Assembly: GCA_900539425.1 (NCBI GenBank)
Contig: UQBX01000005.1
Location: forward strand, 20,908 to 84,907
Source of the DNA: an uncultured Oscillospiraceae bacterium
GTDB lineage: Bacteria > Bacillota > Clostridia > Oscillospirales > Acutalibacteraceae
Reading direction: 5' to 3'
DNA length: 64,000 bases
In this document: positions 53,066 to 62,083 of the stretch, one piece after another
Layout: each line of letters begins with the position of its first letter
Numbering within the stretch: the stretch's first letter is position 1
Position numbers and translations under genes: made by a program
Notes under the pieces: generated by a model
Told to the model about the DNA's origin: nothing
What the model saw: only the letters and a program-made list of their open reading frames with translations
Database searches by the model: none

Positions 53066-55084
53066 ATGTTTGATCAAGTTATCAGCGTGATTATTCCGAT
53101 CTATAATGTTGAAAAATATCTGGAAAAATGTATAAAGAGTGTTGTAAATCAAACATACTCAAATATCGAAATAATACTTGTTGACGACGGTTCTACAGAC
53201 AGTTGCCCTAAGATTTGTGATGATTGGGCAAAAAAAGACAGCCGAATAATTGTTATACACAAGAAAAACGGAGGCCTTTCGTCTGCAAGAAATGCAGCTC
53301 TGGATATTATGCAGGGCGATTATGTAATTTTTGTGGACAGTGATGACTGGATAGAGCCTGATATGGCTCAATCTATGCTTTCATATGCCTTAGAAAATAA
53401 TGCGGATATCGTTTGCAGCGGCTTCTTTTTTGAAAATATAGACTGCACCCATACCAAACAGATAGTAAGTGAGAATGTTTTTGAAAATAAAGACATAGCT
53501 GAAAATCTGCTGCTTGATAATATAAGACCGGAAGTATGCAGCAAGCTTTATAAGGCTGACCTTATCAAACAGTTCAGGTTTGATGAAAAAATTAAATATG
53601 CTGAAGACTTGCCTTTTAATTTTTATTTGATGCAAAAAGCAAATAAACTTATTACAACTGAAACATGGTTTTATCATTATTTGCTTAACAGCGGAAATTC
53701 AATAACTACAGCTTATATTACTGATGCCCGCGCTGTAAGCTGGAAAATGTTTGAAGATATATTAAAAGAATGTAAGGGCAATAAAGACCTTGAAAACGCT
53801 GCTGTTTACAGGTTTACCGTATATACATTTGGCATATTAAGCCGCGTAATGAACTCAAAGCAGTTCAGAAAAAAATACTTCAGCGAAATAGCAAATGCTG
53901 TTTTAACTTATAAGAATGATATTTTAAACAACTGTTATGTTCCTAAAAAGCATAAAAAGGCGGTTGAAATTCTTTCGTTTAATAAAAATATCTTCAAGCT
54001 TTTTTATAAGCTTATAAATTTCATTCCAAAAGTGATGAAATATGTTAAGTTCAAAGCGGCACGTTTTGTTTTCGGATTTCAAGCACTTACATATGCTGTA
54101 AAAGCAAATTTATTACGGTTAAAGCACAAAAATAACTTTTTGTTTTTGCTGATGACACCGTGCCATCAGAATTACGGGGATCATGCAATAGCTATTTCTG
54201 TAAAAAAGATTTTAAAGGATTATTTTGTATTTGAAATAAACGGAGATTTGCTCTCAAGGTTTGTTGGATATCCCCGTATTATGAAAATGATGCTCGGCAG
54301 AAGTACTATAGTTTTTGAGGGCGGCGGATATTTGGGCACGCTGTGGTTCAATTACGGAGAGCTTCTTGTAAGACAAGTAATTCAACTGGCAGTTAAAAAT
54401 AAGATAGTGGTTTTTCCTCAGTCTATATTTTACGAAAACACCGAGTGGGGAAATGAACAGCTTGAAATTTCAAAGAAGCTCTATTCAAAGTGCAAAGATC
54501 TTACCTTGAGCGCAAGAGATAAGATATCATTCGAGAAGATGAAGGAATATTATCCGGATATTGATATCCGCCTTATTCCCGATTCGGTTTTATATCTTAA
54601 TGAATGCCGTCCGTCTGTAAGGGAAGGAGCTTCTGTTTTGTTCAGAGAAGATCTTGAAAAAGGAATTTCAAGGTCTGCTCAGGCTCAAATTGAGGAGTTT
54701 GCTTCAGAGAATTTCAGCAAAGTAAATAAATTCGATATGCTGGCAGACCACAGATTCGGTGCTGAAACAAGAGAAAAAGAAGTAGAGCTTCAGTTTCATC
54801 GCTTCAGGAAAAGCGAGATAGTATTTACTGACAGACTGCACGGTATGATATTTTCCGCAATCACGGGAACACCGTGTATTGCATTTCCCAATAAGTCCCA
54901 TAAGGTAAAAGGCGTTTATGAATGGGTGCTGAAAGATTGTCCGTATATATTGTTTATGGATAGTTTTGACAGGGACAAGGCTGAGGAATTCGTGAAATCA
55001 GTTAAAGGAAAATCATTTGAATATGACAATTCTTTTGTGAAATCATATTATGACGAATTATTAAAGAAAATCAACGGAGAATAA
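53066..55084 (+). CDS. Bifunctional GT2 glycosyltransferase (N-terminal) fused to a polysaccharide pyruvyl transferase (CsaB/WcaK-like, C-terminal).
   Basis: N-terminus: ISVIIPIYNVEKYL…VDDGSTDSCP…DSDD. C-terminus: …LLMTPCHQNYGDHAIA…FTDRLHGMIFSAITGTPCIAF… (PS_pyruv_trans signature). Confidence 0.75.
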   Translation: MFDQVISVIIPIYNVEKYLEKCIKSVVNQTYSNIEIILVDDGSTDSCPKICDDWAKKDSRIIVIHKKNGGLSSARNAALDIMQGDYVIFVDSDDWIEPDMAQSMLSYALENNADIVCSGFFFENIDCTHTKQIVSENVFENKDIAENLLLDNIRPEVCSKLYKADLIKQFRFDEKIKYAEDLPFNFYLMQKANKLITTETWFYHYLLNSGNSITTAYITDARAVSWKMFEDILKECKGNKDLENAAVYRFTVYTFGILSRVMNSKQFRKKYFSEIANAVLTYKNDILNNCYVPKKHKKAVEILSFNKNIFKLFYKLINFIPKVMKYVKFKAARFVFGFQALTYAVKANLLRLKHKNNFLFLLMTPCHQNYGDHAIAISVKKILKDYFVFEINGDLLSRFVGYPRIMKMMLGRSTIVFEGGGYLGTLWFNYGELLVRQVIQLAVKNKIVVFPQSIFYENTEWGNEQLEISKKLYSKCKDLTLSARDKISFEKMKEYYPDIDIRLIPDSVLYLNECRPSVREGASVLFREDLEKGISRSAQAQIEEFASENFSKVNKFDMLADHRFGAETREKEVELQFHRFRKSEIVFTDRLHGMIFSAITGTPCIAFPNKSHKVKGVYEWVLKDCPYILFMDSFDRDKAEEFVKSVKGKSFEYDNSFVKSYYDELLKKINGE

Positions 55085-55088
55085 AGTA

Positions 55089-56636
55089 TTGGAAGAAGCA
55101 AGAAGTGTAAAATCAAGTAAAACTTTAATATCGAATTTTGCGCAGAAAACTTTTGCCCTTGTTTTGACTTTTGTTTCACGAACTGTATTTATCCGTGTTT
55201 TCGGCGCAGCGCTGCTTGGAATAAACGGATTGTTTTCAAATGTAATTGCTCTTTTGTCTTTGGCGGATCTGGGATTTTCAACGGCAATGACATACAGCTA
55301 TTATAAGCCTGTTGCAGAAAATGATTATGACAAGATTGCTGCTTTAAATCAGTTTTATAAAAAAGTCTATTCTATAATTGCAGCCGGAATAACTGTGATC
55401 GGTCTTGCGCTGATGCCGTTTTTGAAGCAGATAATAAATATGACGGAAGAAGTAGACCATTTATATCTCTATTATTTGCTAACTCTTGCAAGCACGGTTG
55501 TATCGTATCTTTTTGTATATAAGACTACTGTTCTTTATGCGTATCAGCAGGGGTATGTTGTTGCAAAATACAATATGCTGGTAAACGCTGTTTCGCAGAT
55601 AATACAAATAGCCGGAATGCTTATATTTAAAAACTATATTTTGTATCTTTCTATAACTGTGGTTTTTAATCTTATAAATAATTTGTATATTTCCCGTGTA
55701 ACCGATAAGCGTTTTCCGTTCATAAATAAAAAGATACAGATTTCAAAAGCTGATAAAAAAGATATATTCTCAAATCTTAGTTCCGTATTCATTTACAAAG
55801 TTTCATCTACTTTGATGAACAGCACCACAAATATAATTATCTCAAAACTTGTGGGAACTATCACAGTAGGTTTCTATTCAAATTATCTTACTGTTACCAA
55901 TATGATAACAGGATACGTTAGCATGGCGTTTACCTCATTTACTGCCAGTCTCGGTAATTTGATAGTAAAAGATTCAAGAGAAAAACAGTTTAAGGTGTTT
56001 AAGGAAATACAGACCATAAGCGCATGGTTTTGTATTGTTATTGCTTCATGCGTATATGTTCTATTAAATGATTTTATAGAAATATGGATAGGAAAAGATT
56101 TCCTTTTGGATGAATATACGGTTTTGGCAATAGGCGTAAATTTCTTTTTGACATGTATTTTGAATCCAATTTGGATCTTCAGGGAAGCTGCCGGTATTTA
56201 CAGAAAAACTAAATATATAATGTTGATTTGTGCTGTGCTGAATGTAGGGCTTGCTATTCTTCTTGGCCATTACTGGGGTCTTTGTGGAATTCTTTTTGCA
56301 GGTGCTATTTCAAAGCTTTTAACTTATATATGGTATGAACCAATAATTCTTTTCAGAGATTTTTTTGATCGGTCTCCCGCGTATTTTTTTGGTTCTTCGT
56401 TGTTTATAACATTAGTTACCGCTATTGTAAGTTACCTTTTGATTTTACTGAATTCTAAAATAGCTGTTTCAGGTATACTTGGATTTATTGTAAAGGGCGT
56501 CTGCTGCTTTGTTGTTGCAAATCTTGTTTATTTGGCTATATACTTTAGAAACAAAAATTTCAGGCACATTCTTTTCAGAATAAAAAAACTCATTTTATCA
56601 TTTATATCATCTTTAAAATCTAAAAAAAGATCATGA
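55089..56636 (+). CDS. Wzx-type oligosaccharide flippase (MOP/polysaccharide biosynthesis protein family); TTG start.
   Basis: 14-TM protein, 515 aa, position in the cluster. Confidence 0.7.
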   Translation: MEEARSVKSSKTLISNFAQKTFALVLTFVSRTVFIRVFGAALLGINGLFSNVIALLSLADLGFSTAMTYSYYKPVAENDYDKIAALNQFYKKVYSIIAAGITVIGLALMPFLKQIINMTEEVDHLYLYYLLTLASTVVSYLFVYKTTVLYAYQQGYVVAKYNMLVNAVSQIIQIAGMLIFKNYILYLSITVVFNLINNLYISRVTDKRFPFINKKIQISKADKKDIFSNLSSVFIYKVSSTLMNSTTNIIISKLVGTITVGFYSNYLTVTNMITGYVSMAFTSFTASLGNLIVKDSREKQFKVFKEIQTISAWFCIVIASCVYVLLNDFIEIWIGKDFLLDEYTVLAIGVNFFLTCILNPIWIFREAAGIYRKTKYIMLICAVLNVGLAILLGHYWGLCGILFAGAISKLLTYIWYEPIILFRDFFDRSPAYFFGSSLFITLVTAIVSYLLILLNSKIAVSGILGFIVKGVCCFVVANLVYLAIYFRNKNFRHILFRIKKLILSFISSLKSKKRS

Positions 56637-56657
56637 TTCAGAGGAATTTCTTGCAAT

Positions 56658-57728
56658 ATGACTTTGTTTTTTGCGTGCTTATTATTGATGATTTTATGGA
56701 GAATCAAATTCGCAAGACCGGTTTTAAGCGGATTTAATGAAAACTATCTTGCAATTGACAGAACAAATTGCATTAAAGGTATATTCATTTTGATGGTCTT
56801 TTTAAGCCACTCAAGAAACTATCTTTCTAAACTGCCTGAATATACCTCAGACCCATTAAACAGTATTTACGATGTTATACAGAGCCACTTGGGCCAGGGA
56901 ATAGTTGTAATGTTTCTTTTCTACTCCGGGTACGGAGTTATGGAATCAATCATAAAAAAAGGTTCAGATTATATAAATGCTTTTCCCAAACAGCGTTTTG
57001 CTAAAACGCTTTTTCATTTTGATATAGCGATTATGCTTTTTGTAATTGTTGATTTATGTCTTGGTACATTAAAAAATTACAGCATTTTGGAGGTGCTGCT
57101 TTCCTTTACCGGCTGGGAATCGGTAGGAAATAGTAACTGGTACATTTTTGCAATACTTATATTGTATCTCATAACATATTTAGCATTTAAAATTTTTAAA
57201 GATAAAACTTCAAAGGCAGTTTGGCTTGTAACTGTTTTAACAGTAGTTTATATAGCAGTGCTCGCATTAGCCAGTAAGGATGCCTGGTGGTTTGATACAG
57301 TGCTGTTATATCCGCTTGGTATGTGGTATTCTGTTGGTAAAGATAAAATAGAAAACTTCGTCAGAAAAAAGCCTATAAATTATTTCGGATTGCTGATTTT
57401 ATGCTGCGCTGTTTTCATAGTTTCTCATCTGCTTAGAAGCAACATAATATGCTATGAAATTTCCCAGGTTGCTCTGTGCGCAGTGATAGTGGCAGCAACC
57501 ATGAAAATCGATATCAATAATAAAATACTTGAATTTTTCGGAAAGCATTTATTTGAAATTTATATTTTGATGCGCATACCAATGAATGTGCTTTTGCATT
57601 TCGATATAGACAATGTATATGTATTTGTTTCAGTAAGCTTTGCCGTAACTCTTTTGCTGGCAGTTTTGTTAAAAAAGGTATTTACTTTTTCTGATAGGTT
57701 TTTATTTGCTAAAAATAAAAAGCAATAG
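56658..57728 (+). CDS. Acyltransferase family 3 membrane protein (glycan O-acyltransferase).
   Basis: Ten or so TM helices, AT3-like N-terminus …GIFILMVFLSHS…. Confidence 0.65.
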   Translation: MTLFFACLLLMILWRIKFARPVLSGFNENYLAIDRTNCIKGIFILMVFLSHSRNYLSKLPEYTSDPLNSIYDVIQSHLGQGIVVMFLFYSGYGVMESIIKKGSDYINAFPKQRFAKTLFHFDIAIMLFVIVDLCLGTLKNYSILEVLLSFTGWESVGNSNWYIFAILILYLITYLAFKIFKDKTSKAVWLVTVLTVVYIAVLALASKDAWWFDTVLLYPLGMWYSVGKDKIENFVRKKPINYFGLLILCCAVFIVSHLLRSNIICYEISQVALCAVIVAATMKIDINNKILEFFGKHLFEIYILMRIPMNVLLHFDIDNVYVFVSVSFAVTLLLAVLLKKVFTFSDRFLFAKNKKQ

Positions 57729-57846
57729 CTTGCAAAATACATTGATGTTTTAATTATTGCTTTGATTAATAATTTGGGATTGAGATTACATTTAATCACA
57801 ATTTTAATGTATAATATATACATATTCATTTTTTAGGTGATGTTTT

Positions 57847-58722
57847 ATGCACGCTGTTATGATTATAGCCCACAATCAGTTTGATTTGCTTGAAAAGCTT
57901 ATTTCTGCGCTTGATGATAAGCGAAACGATATATTTGTGCACATTGATGCAGAAGCAGATAATTTTGATTTTGAGCATTTCAGAAAAATACCCAAATATT
58001 CTGAAATCCATTTTACTGACAGAATTAATGTTACTTGGGGCGATTTCAGCCAGGTAAAGGCAGAAATAATATTGCTCAAAGCCGCCGTGGAAAATGAAAG
58101 CAAAGGTAAAAAGTATTCATATTTTCATTTGATTTCAGGCTGCGACCTGCCTATTAAATCAAATGATGAAATCCATGAATTTTTTAAAGAAAATAACGGC
58201 AAAGAGTTTATCCATTTTTCTTCAGAAAAAGTGTCAGAACAGTCGATAGGCAGAATCAGATACTATCATTTTTTTAGAAATAAAAGAACTTTTGTTAGAA
58301 AACTTATTTCATATTCTGTTTTAAAAGTTGAAAAACTGTTAGGTGTAAATCGCCTGAAAAAAGATAACTTTAAAGTTCAGAAAGGTTGTAATTGGTTTAG
58401 TATTACAGGCGAGTTTGCTGAATATATCGTTGAAAATATTGATAAGTGGGAAAAGGTTTTCAAATATTCTTACTGCGGTGACGAGGTGTTTGTTCAAACA
58501 ATTTTTATCAACAGCCCGTTTTCACAAAATCTTTATATGAAGAATTGCAACGATAACCACCTTGCGTGTGCCCGTCTTATAGATTGGGATAGGGGAGATC
58601 CTTATATTTTCAGAAAAGAAGACTATGATCTGATAAAATCTTCTCCCGCGGTGTTTGCTCGTAAATTCAATATGGATGTTGACAGTGATATAGTTGACAT
58701 GGTTCTTGAAAGCAATAAATAA
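57847..58722 (+). CDS. GT14-family (core-2/I-branching enzyme-like) beta-1,6-N-acetylglucosaminyltransferase homologue.
   Basis: N-terminus HAVMIIAHNQFDLLEKLISALDDKRNDIFVHIDAEAD matches the bacterial 'Branch' family pattern; 291 aa. Confidence 0.6.
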   Translation: MHAVMIIAHNQFDLLEKLISALDDKRNDIFVHIDAEADNFDFEHFRKIPKYSEIHFTDRINVTWGDFSQVKAEIILLKAAVENESKGKKYSYFHLISGCDLPIKSNDEIHEFFKENNGKEFIHFSSEKVSEQSIGRIRYYHFFRNKRTFVRKLISYSVLKVEKLLGVNRLKKDNFKVQKGCNWFSITGEFAEYIVENIDKWEKVFKYSYCGDEVFVQTIFINSPFSQNLYMKNCNDNHLACARLIDWDRGDPYIFRKEDYDLIKSSPAVFARKFNMDVDSDIVDMVLESNK

Positions 58723-58750
58723 AGGCGGCATATTTGCCGCCTTTTGTTTT
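58721..58750. terminator. Bidirectional terminator aaaggcggcatatttgccgccttttgtttt.
   Basis: Read from the sequence between convergent genes. Confidence 0.8.
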
Positions 58751-59748
58751 TACATTTTTGCGATTTTAAGTAAGTGCAGATAAAGATTTAAAAGTGCTTT
58801 GCTTTTTAATCTAAGTGCCGTGGTAAATACTTTTGTGTGAAGCGGTAATACAGATAAATCAGCGCTTTTTGAAGCGTTAATTACATCTTGATTTGTAAGT
58901 AGCGCATCAATTCCGTTGTTAGGATTTTTTGAAAACATTTCATTTCTTATAAGAAAGTTTGCAAGATACAGTAAATAATAATCTAACTGTTTCCCCAAGT
59001 CAATACCTGCTTCACAGCATTTTTCTTTTATGCGTTTATACGGTAGAAAAATTATATCCTTTAACTTTTCATCGTATGATTTTGTCATGCTTTCAGGATT
59101 AATATTGTAATGGTAACAAGGTTTTTTAACTGTTGCCGCTGACTTTGCGTCAATAAGACACGGATAAGTAAAAGCGGCGTCTTCTCCCATTTTTATTCTG
59201 CCGTCAACAAGCGGCAGATTTTTTTTAATAAGCTCTTTTTTGAAAACCTTGCTCCAGCAGCAGGGATTTATCCCAAATTTATAATAAGTTCCGCTGAAAA
59301 GCATTTTGGGATAAATAAATTCTTCCAAAGCGTTTTTATCATAATATTCCTTATCAAACAGCTGCTCACTGTCAGTAAGTTGACCGTTATTGTCATAGTA
59401 AAAGTCGCTCAATACCATATCCGGAGAATATTTATTTATCATTTGAGCGAAATATTCATACATTTCGGGTTCTATCCAGTCATCGCTGTCAACAAAGCCG
59501 ATATAATCTCCCTGTGCGATTTCAAGCCCTGATTTGCGCGCGTTTATAAGCCCGCCGTTTTGCTTATGTATAACTTTTATACGGCTGTCTTTTTCTGCAT
59601 ATAGGTCGCAGATTGCAGGGCAGTTGTCAGGTGAGCCGTCATCTACCAGAATGATTTCAATATCTTTGTAAGTCTGATTTACAATGCTCTCTATGCATCT
59701 CTCAAGGTATTTTTCAACATTGTATACAGGAACGATTATACTGATCAT
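58750..59748 (-). CDS. Glycosyltransferase family 2 (paralog 4).
   Basis: ISIIVPVYNVEKYL…IILVDDGSPDNCP…DSDD. Confidence 0.85.
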   Translation of the reverse strand: MISIIVPVYNVEKYLERCIESIVNQTYKDIEIILVDDGSPDNCPAICDLYAEKDSRIKVIHKQNGGLINARKSGLEIAQGDYIGFVDSDDWIEPEMYEYFAQMINKYSPDMVLSDFYYDNNGQLTDSEQLFDKEYYDKNALEEFIYPKMLFSGTYYKFGINPCCWSKVFKKELIKKNLPLVDGRIKMGEDAAFTYPCLIDAKSAATVKKPCYHYNINPESMTKSYDEKLKDIIFLPYKRIKEKCCEAGIDLGKQLDYYLLYLANFLIRNEMFSKNPNNGIDALLTNQDVINASKSADLSVLPLHTKVFTTALRLKSKALLNLYLHLLKIAKM

Positions 59749-60866
59749 TTGCTACCCCCGGCGCTGTAAATATCGTCAAGTTTCTGAGCAACTTTATTTA
59801 TGTCATAAGTTTCTGAAAGTGCTGTAATATCTATGCCGTTTCTGTCTGCTTTCATAAGTTCAAAGGCTCGGCTGCTCCATTTTTCAGCATCTACTTCAAG
59901 CGGCATGAAATCAACATTGCTGTTAAATTTAACTTCTGCTGTTACTCTGTCTGATATCAGGCAGGGAAGTTTGCTCGCCTGTGCTTCAATTAGTGAAACG
60001 GGCAGTCCTTCGTTTAATGAGGGAAAAATCATTATATCAAATGCTTGCAGAAGTTCTGCCACATCCGTTCGCTGGCCGAGCATAAATACTTTGTCCTCAA
60101 TTCCAAGTTCACGCGATTTTTCTTTTATTATATCTCCGTCAACTATTTCTCCCGCAAGTATTAATTTAAGATTTGGATTTGATTTCAGCATTTCTGCAAA
60201 TATTTCAACAAGGAAAACTTGGTTTTTAATTCTGTATATCGTGCCGATATGGCCCACAAGTATTTCATCTTTACTTATTGAAAGTTCGGCACGTTTTTTT
60301 GCGCGCGTATCATTGCTTAATGAGTATCGCTCAATTTCTATGCCGTTTGCAAGGAAGGTTCCGTCTGCGGCATATTCTTTTTTGCCGTACATATAGTTCC
60401 CGGCAGCTGTTGAGCAGGCAAGCTTGTCCGTTGCAAACATGTTAATAAGTTTTCTCATAAAAGCACGGTAAATTTTAAAAGGCAGTGTTTCTTTTCTGTT
60501 CCACTCTGTGGCGTGGGAATGTGAAACACGCTTTTTTATTCCGCTCATTTTTGCTGCAAGCATTATAATGCCGTTGTAAAACATAACGTGGGAATGAACA
60601 ATATCATATTTTCCTGCTCTCATTACACGCAGGGCATCTTTTAACCCGCTTAAGTATCCGGCATTGGAGCTTTCTTTTGTTATTATTTTTGAGCCGCTTT
60701 TTAAAACACTTTTAACAAGTTCTTCATCCTGACCTTCAGAAGTGTTTTGCAGGTAGTAAGTTATATCGTATTTGTTTTTATCTAAATGAGAAGCAAAATT
60801 GACAGCTGCTATCTCAATTCCTCCTCGGCGGAGGAGCTGTATAACAACCAAAACTTTTTTTTTCAA
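59745..60866 (-). CDS. Glycosyltransferase family 4.
   Basis: …SLNEGLPVSLIEAQASKLPCLISDRV…. Confidence 0.8.
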   Translation of the reverse strand: MKKKVLVVIQLLRRGGIEIAAVNFASHLDKNKYDITYYLQNTSEGQDEELVKSVLKSGSKIITKESSNAGYLSGLKDALRVMRAGKYDIVHSHVMFYNGIIMLAAKMSGIKKRVSHSHATEWNRKETLPFKIYRAFMRKLINMFATDKLACSTAAGNYMYGKKEYAADGTFLANGIEIERYSLSNDTRAKKRAELSISKDEILVGHIGTIYRIKNQVFLVEIFAEMLKSNPNLKLILAGEIVDGDIIKEKSRELGIEDKVFMLGQRTDVAELLQAFDIMIFPSLNEGLPVSLIEAQASKLPCLISDRVTAEVKFNSNVDFMPLEVDAEKWSSRAFELMKADRNGIDITALSETYDINKVAQKLDDIYSAGGSK

Positions 60867-61045
60867 TCGGTTACTCCTTTGTTTGAATGGTTTTAAAATA
60901 TAAACAATAGATATTCAATAATAGGTGAAGTATATATAAATGTTTGCTCTATTTGTTTCTTAAAATTAATAATAACATATTTTAAGGCGAGTTTAAATAC
61001 AAATCGAGTTTTTTGTGCAAAATGTAATTTTTAAGTGTAGAATAA

Positions 61046-61052
61046 TGTCGAA
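61046..61052 (+). promoter_or_regulatory. Candidate Spo0A-binding '0A box' TGTCGAA upstream of the spo0A homologue.
   Basis: Exact 7-mer match to the TGNCGAA consensus. One occurrence only, so this is weak. Confidence 0.25.
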
Positions 61053-61115
61053 AAAACTGTTTTGTGAATAAAATTATAAAAATTCAAAAAATAAGTGAAA
61101 AATAGTTGCAAAAAT

Positions 61116-61144
61116 TACCGCATAATGGTAAAATGTGAAAGAAA
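61116..61144 (+). promoter_or_regulatory. Sigma-A-like promoter TTGCAA-17-TAAAAT.
   Basis: Read from the sequence, ~20 nt upstream of the RBS. Confidence 0.45.
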
Positions 61145-61165
61145 TACACAAACGGAGGTAAACTT

Positions 61166-61927
61166 ATGGAAAGAAAATTTAAAGTTTTGGTAGGAGAATC
61201 CGATGAATTCGGTAAAGAATGCGTGAAAGAGCTTGTAAAAGCAGGATTTGAGGCGTCTGTATGTGCCAAGGACGGAAATAAGATAATATCCGTGCTGGAA
61301 TCTCAGCATTACGACGCTGTGCTCATGGATGCTTTTATGCCTAATGCGGATGCAATAGATGTGCTCGATCATATTTCCGAAAATCCGGGTGAAAAGCCGC
61401 TTGTACTTATACTTTCTTCTGTTGATAATCCGCGTTTTGAGGAGCAGCTTATGAACGAAGGCGCTGATTACTACTTGCTCAAACCTGTAAGCGCACAGTC
61501 GGTAAGCCGTAAAATTGAAAGATTATCAATGTGGAAAAGTACACACAGCAGTAAAGAGCCCGTTATGGATTATGATATAGACGTAGTTATATCGGATATT
61601 ATGCGTCAGATAGGTGTTCCTGCTCATATAAAGGGTTATCAGTATCTGCGAAGCGCAATAAAACTATCTGTTTCGGATACGGAAATGCTTTCTTCTGTTA
61701 CTAAACTTCTTTATCCAACTGTTGCAAAAATGTATAACACCACGCCGTCAAGAGTGGAAAGGGCAATTCGTCATGCCATTGAAGTTGCTTGGGACAGAGG
61801 CGATGTTGATGTGCTGTCATCCTATTTCGGATATACGATACAGAGCCAGAGAGGAAAGCCCACAAATTCCGAATTTATAGCAATGATTGCAGATAAGCTC
61901 AGACTTACAATGAAATCAGCGTCATAA
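61166..61927 (+). CDS. spo0A: Stage 0 sporulation protein A homologue (REC domain plus Spo0A_C DNA-binding domain).
   Basis: C-terminus …[17 protein letters not shown]…[31 protein letters not shown]…[17 protein letters not shown] is near-identical to the Spo0A signature. The receiver has D (…VLMDAFMP) and K (…YLLKP). Confidence 0.85.
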   Translation: MERKFKVLVGESDEFGKECVKELVKAGFEASVCAKDGNKIISVLESQHYDAVLMDAFMPNADAIDVLDHISENPGEKPLVLILSSVDNPRFEEQLMNEGADYYLLKPVSAQSVSRKIERLSMWKSTHSSKEPVMDYDIDVVISDIMRQIGVPAHIKGYQYLRSAIKLSVSDTEMLSSVTKLLYPTVAKMYNTTPSRVERAIRHAIEVAWDRGDVDVLSSYFGYTIQSQRGKPTNSEFIAMIADKLRLTMKSAS

Positions 61928-61934
61928 ATGTTTT

Positions 61935-61970
61935 ATCCCCCTGTATAGGGGGATTTTTGTTTGTTTTTTC
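61935..61970 (+). terminator. Rho-independent terminator atccccctgtatagggggat + T-rich.
   Basis: Read from the sequence. Confidence 0.75.
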
Positions 61971-62083
61971 TTGATAAAAACAGTATAAAAGCCCCTTGAA
62001 ATGCTTTTGCTCTATTTCTGCATATCAGATATGTTGATTATGTTTTACAGATGTGTTAAAATTATCCTGAAGGGGGCGAAAGT

